Source of the DNA: a virus
Reading direction: 5' to 3' (one strand)
DNA: 64,000 nucleotides
IMG/VR virus record: IMGVR_UViG_3300046779_000684
Coordinates: 44,715 to 108,714 of that record
In this document: positions 63,876-64,000 of the stretch, in pieces
Layout: each line of letters starts with the position of its first letter
Position numbering within the stretch: position 1 is the first letter of the stretch
The notes under the pieces: model-generated
Databases searched by the model: none
The model's input: the letters and a program-made list of their open reading frames with translations, nothing else
What the model was told of the DNA's origin: nothing
Program-made: the position numbers and the translations under genes

Positions 63876-64000
63876 TAACTTAGCATTAGATAAAGTTAAT
63901 TTAATACCCCCGTCTTTGGGGAATTTTTTTCTAACCCCCCTAGTCTTGATATCTATGGGAGGTTGGGGGTGTCCAAATTCAACTACCCCGTAGCCTTTCG

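Noticed and set aside
1-64000. tRNA genes, CRISPR array, integrase/att sites, introns or inteins
   Set aside because: No cloverleaf, regularly spaced repeats, recombinase motifs, or split/oversized TerL, portal or capsid genes were seen by eye; a tRNAscan/Infernal run would be needed to exclude them fully

Overview
A 64 kb slice of a crAss-like (Crassvirales-related) podovirus genome covering the virion, packaging and lysis module. Almost every gene is on the minus strand. The host is very likely a free-living Bacteroidota: there are about 10 TTG/TTTG-N18/19-TAnnTTTG promoters, A-rich translation starts with no Shine-Dalgarno sequence, Q-rule signal peptides and a T9SS C-terminal sorting domain. 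In transcription order (right to left) the window holds a PRTase-like gene, three mosaic tail fibres with small accessory genes, a holin and YkuD-like endolysin, and a 6.5 kb cassette of eight exported or membrane proteins (T9SS cargo with cohesin/dockerin-like domains, CsgG-family lipoprotein, outer-membrane beta-barrel, C-type lectin-dockerin, zincin). A small plus-strand island follows (88-aa gene plus a promoter-driven structured RNA candidate). Then come DNA-binding genes, TerS/TerL, portal, scaffold, major capsid protein, ring, auxiliary and Cys-rich proteins, the muzzle protein, modular cargo proteins punctuated by a hydrophobic-x-x-G-G motif, and a giant (>3,265 aa) zincin-containing virion protein. 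That last gene runs off the left edge and is absent from the ORF track. The standard genetic code fits, and I found no tRNA, CRISPR array, integrase or reverse transcriptase. All family assignments are by eye from motifs and gene order; no searches were run.
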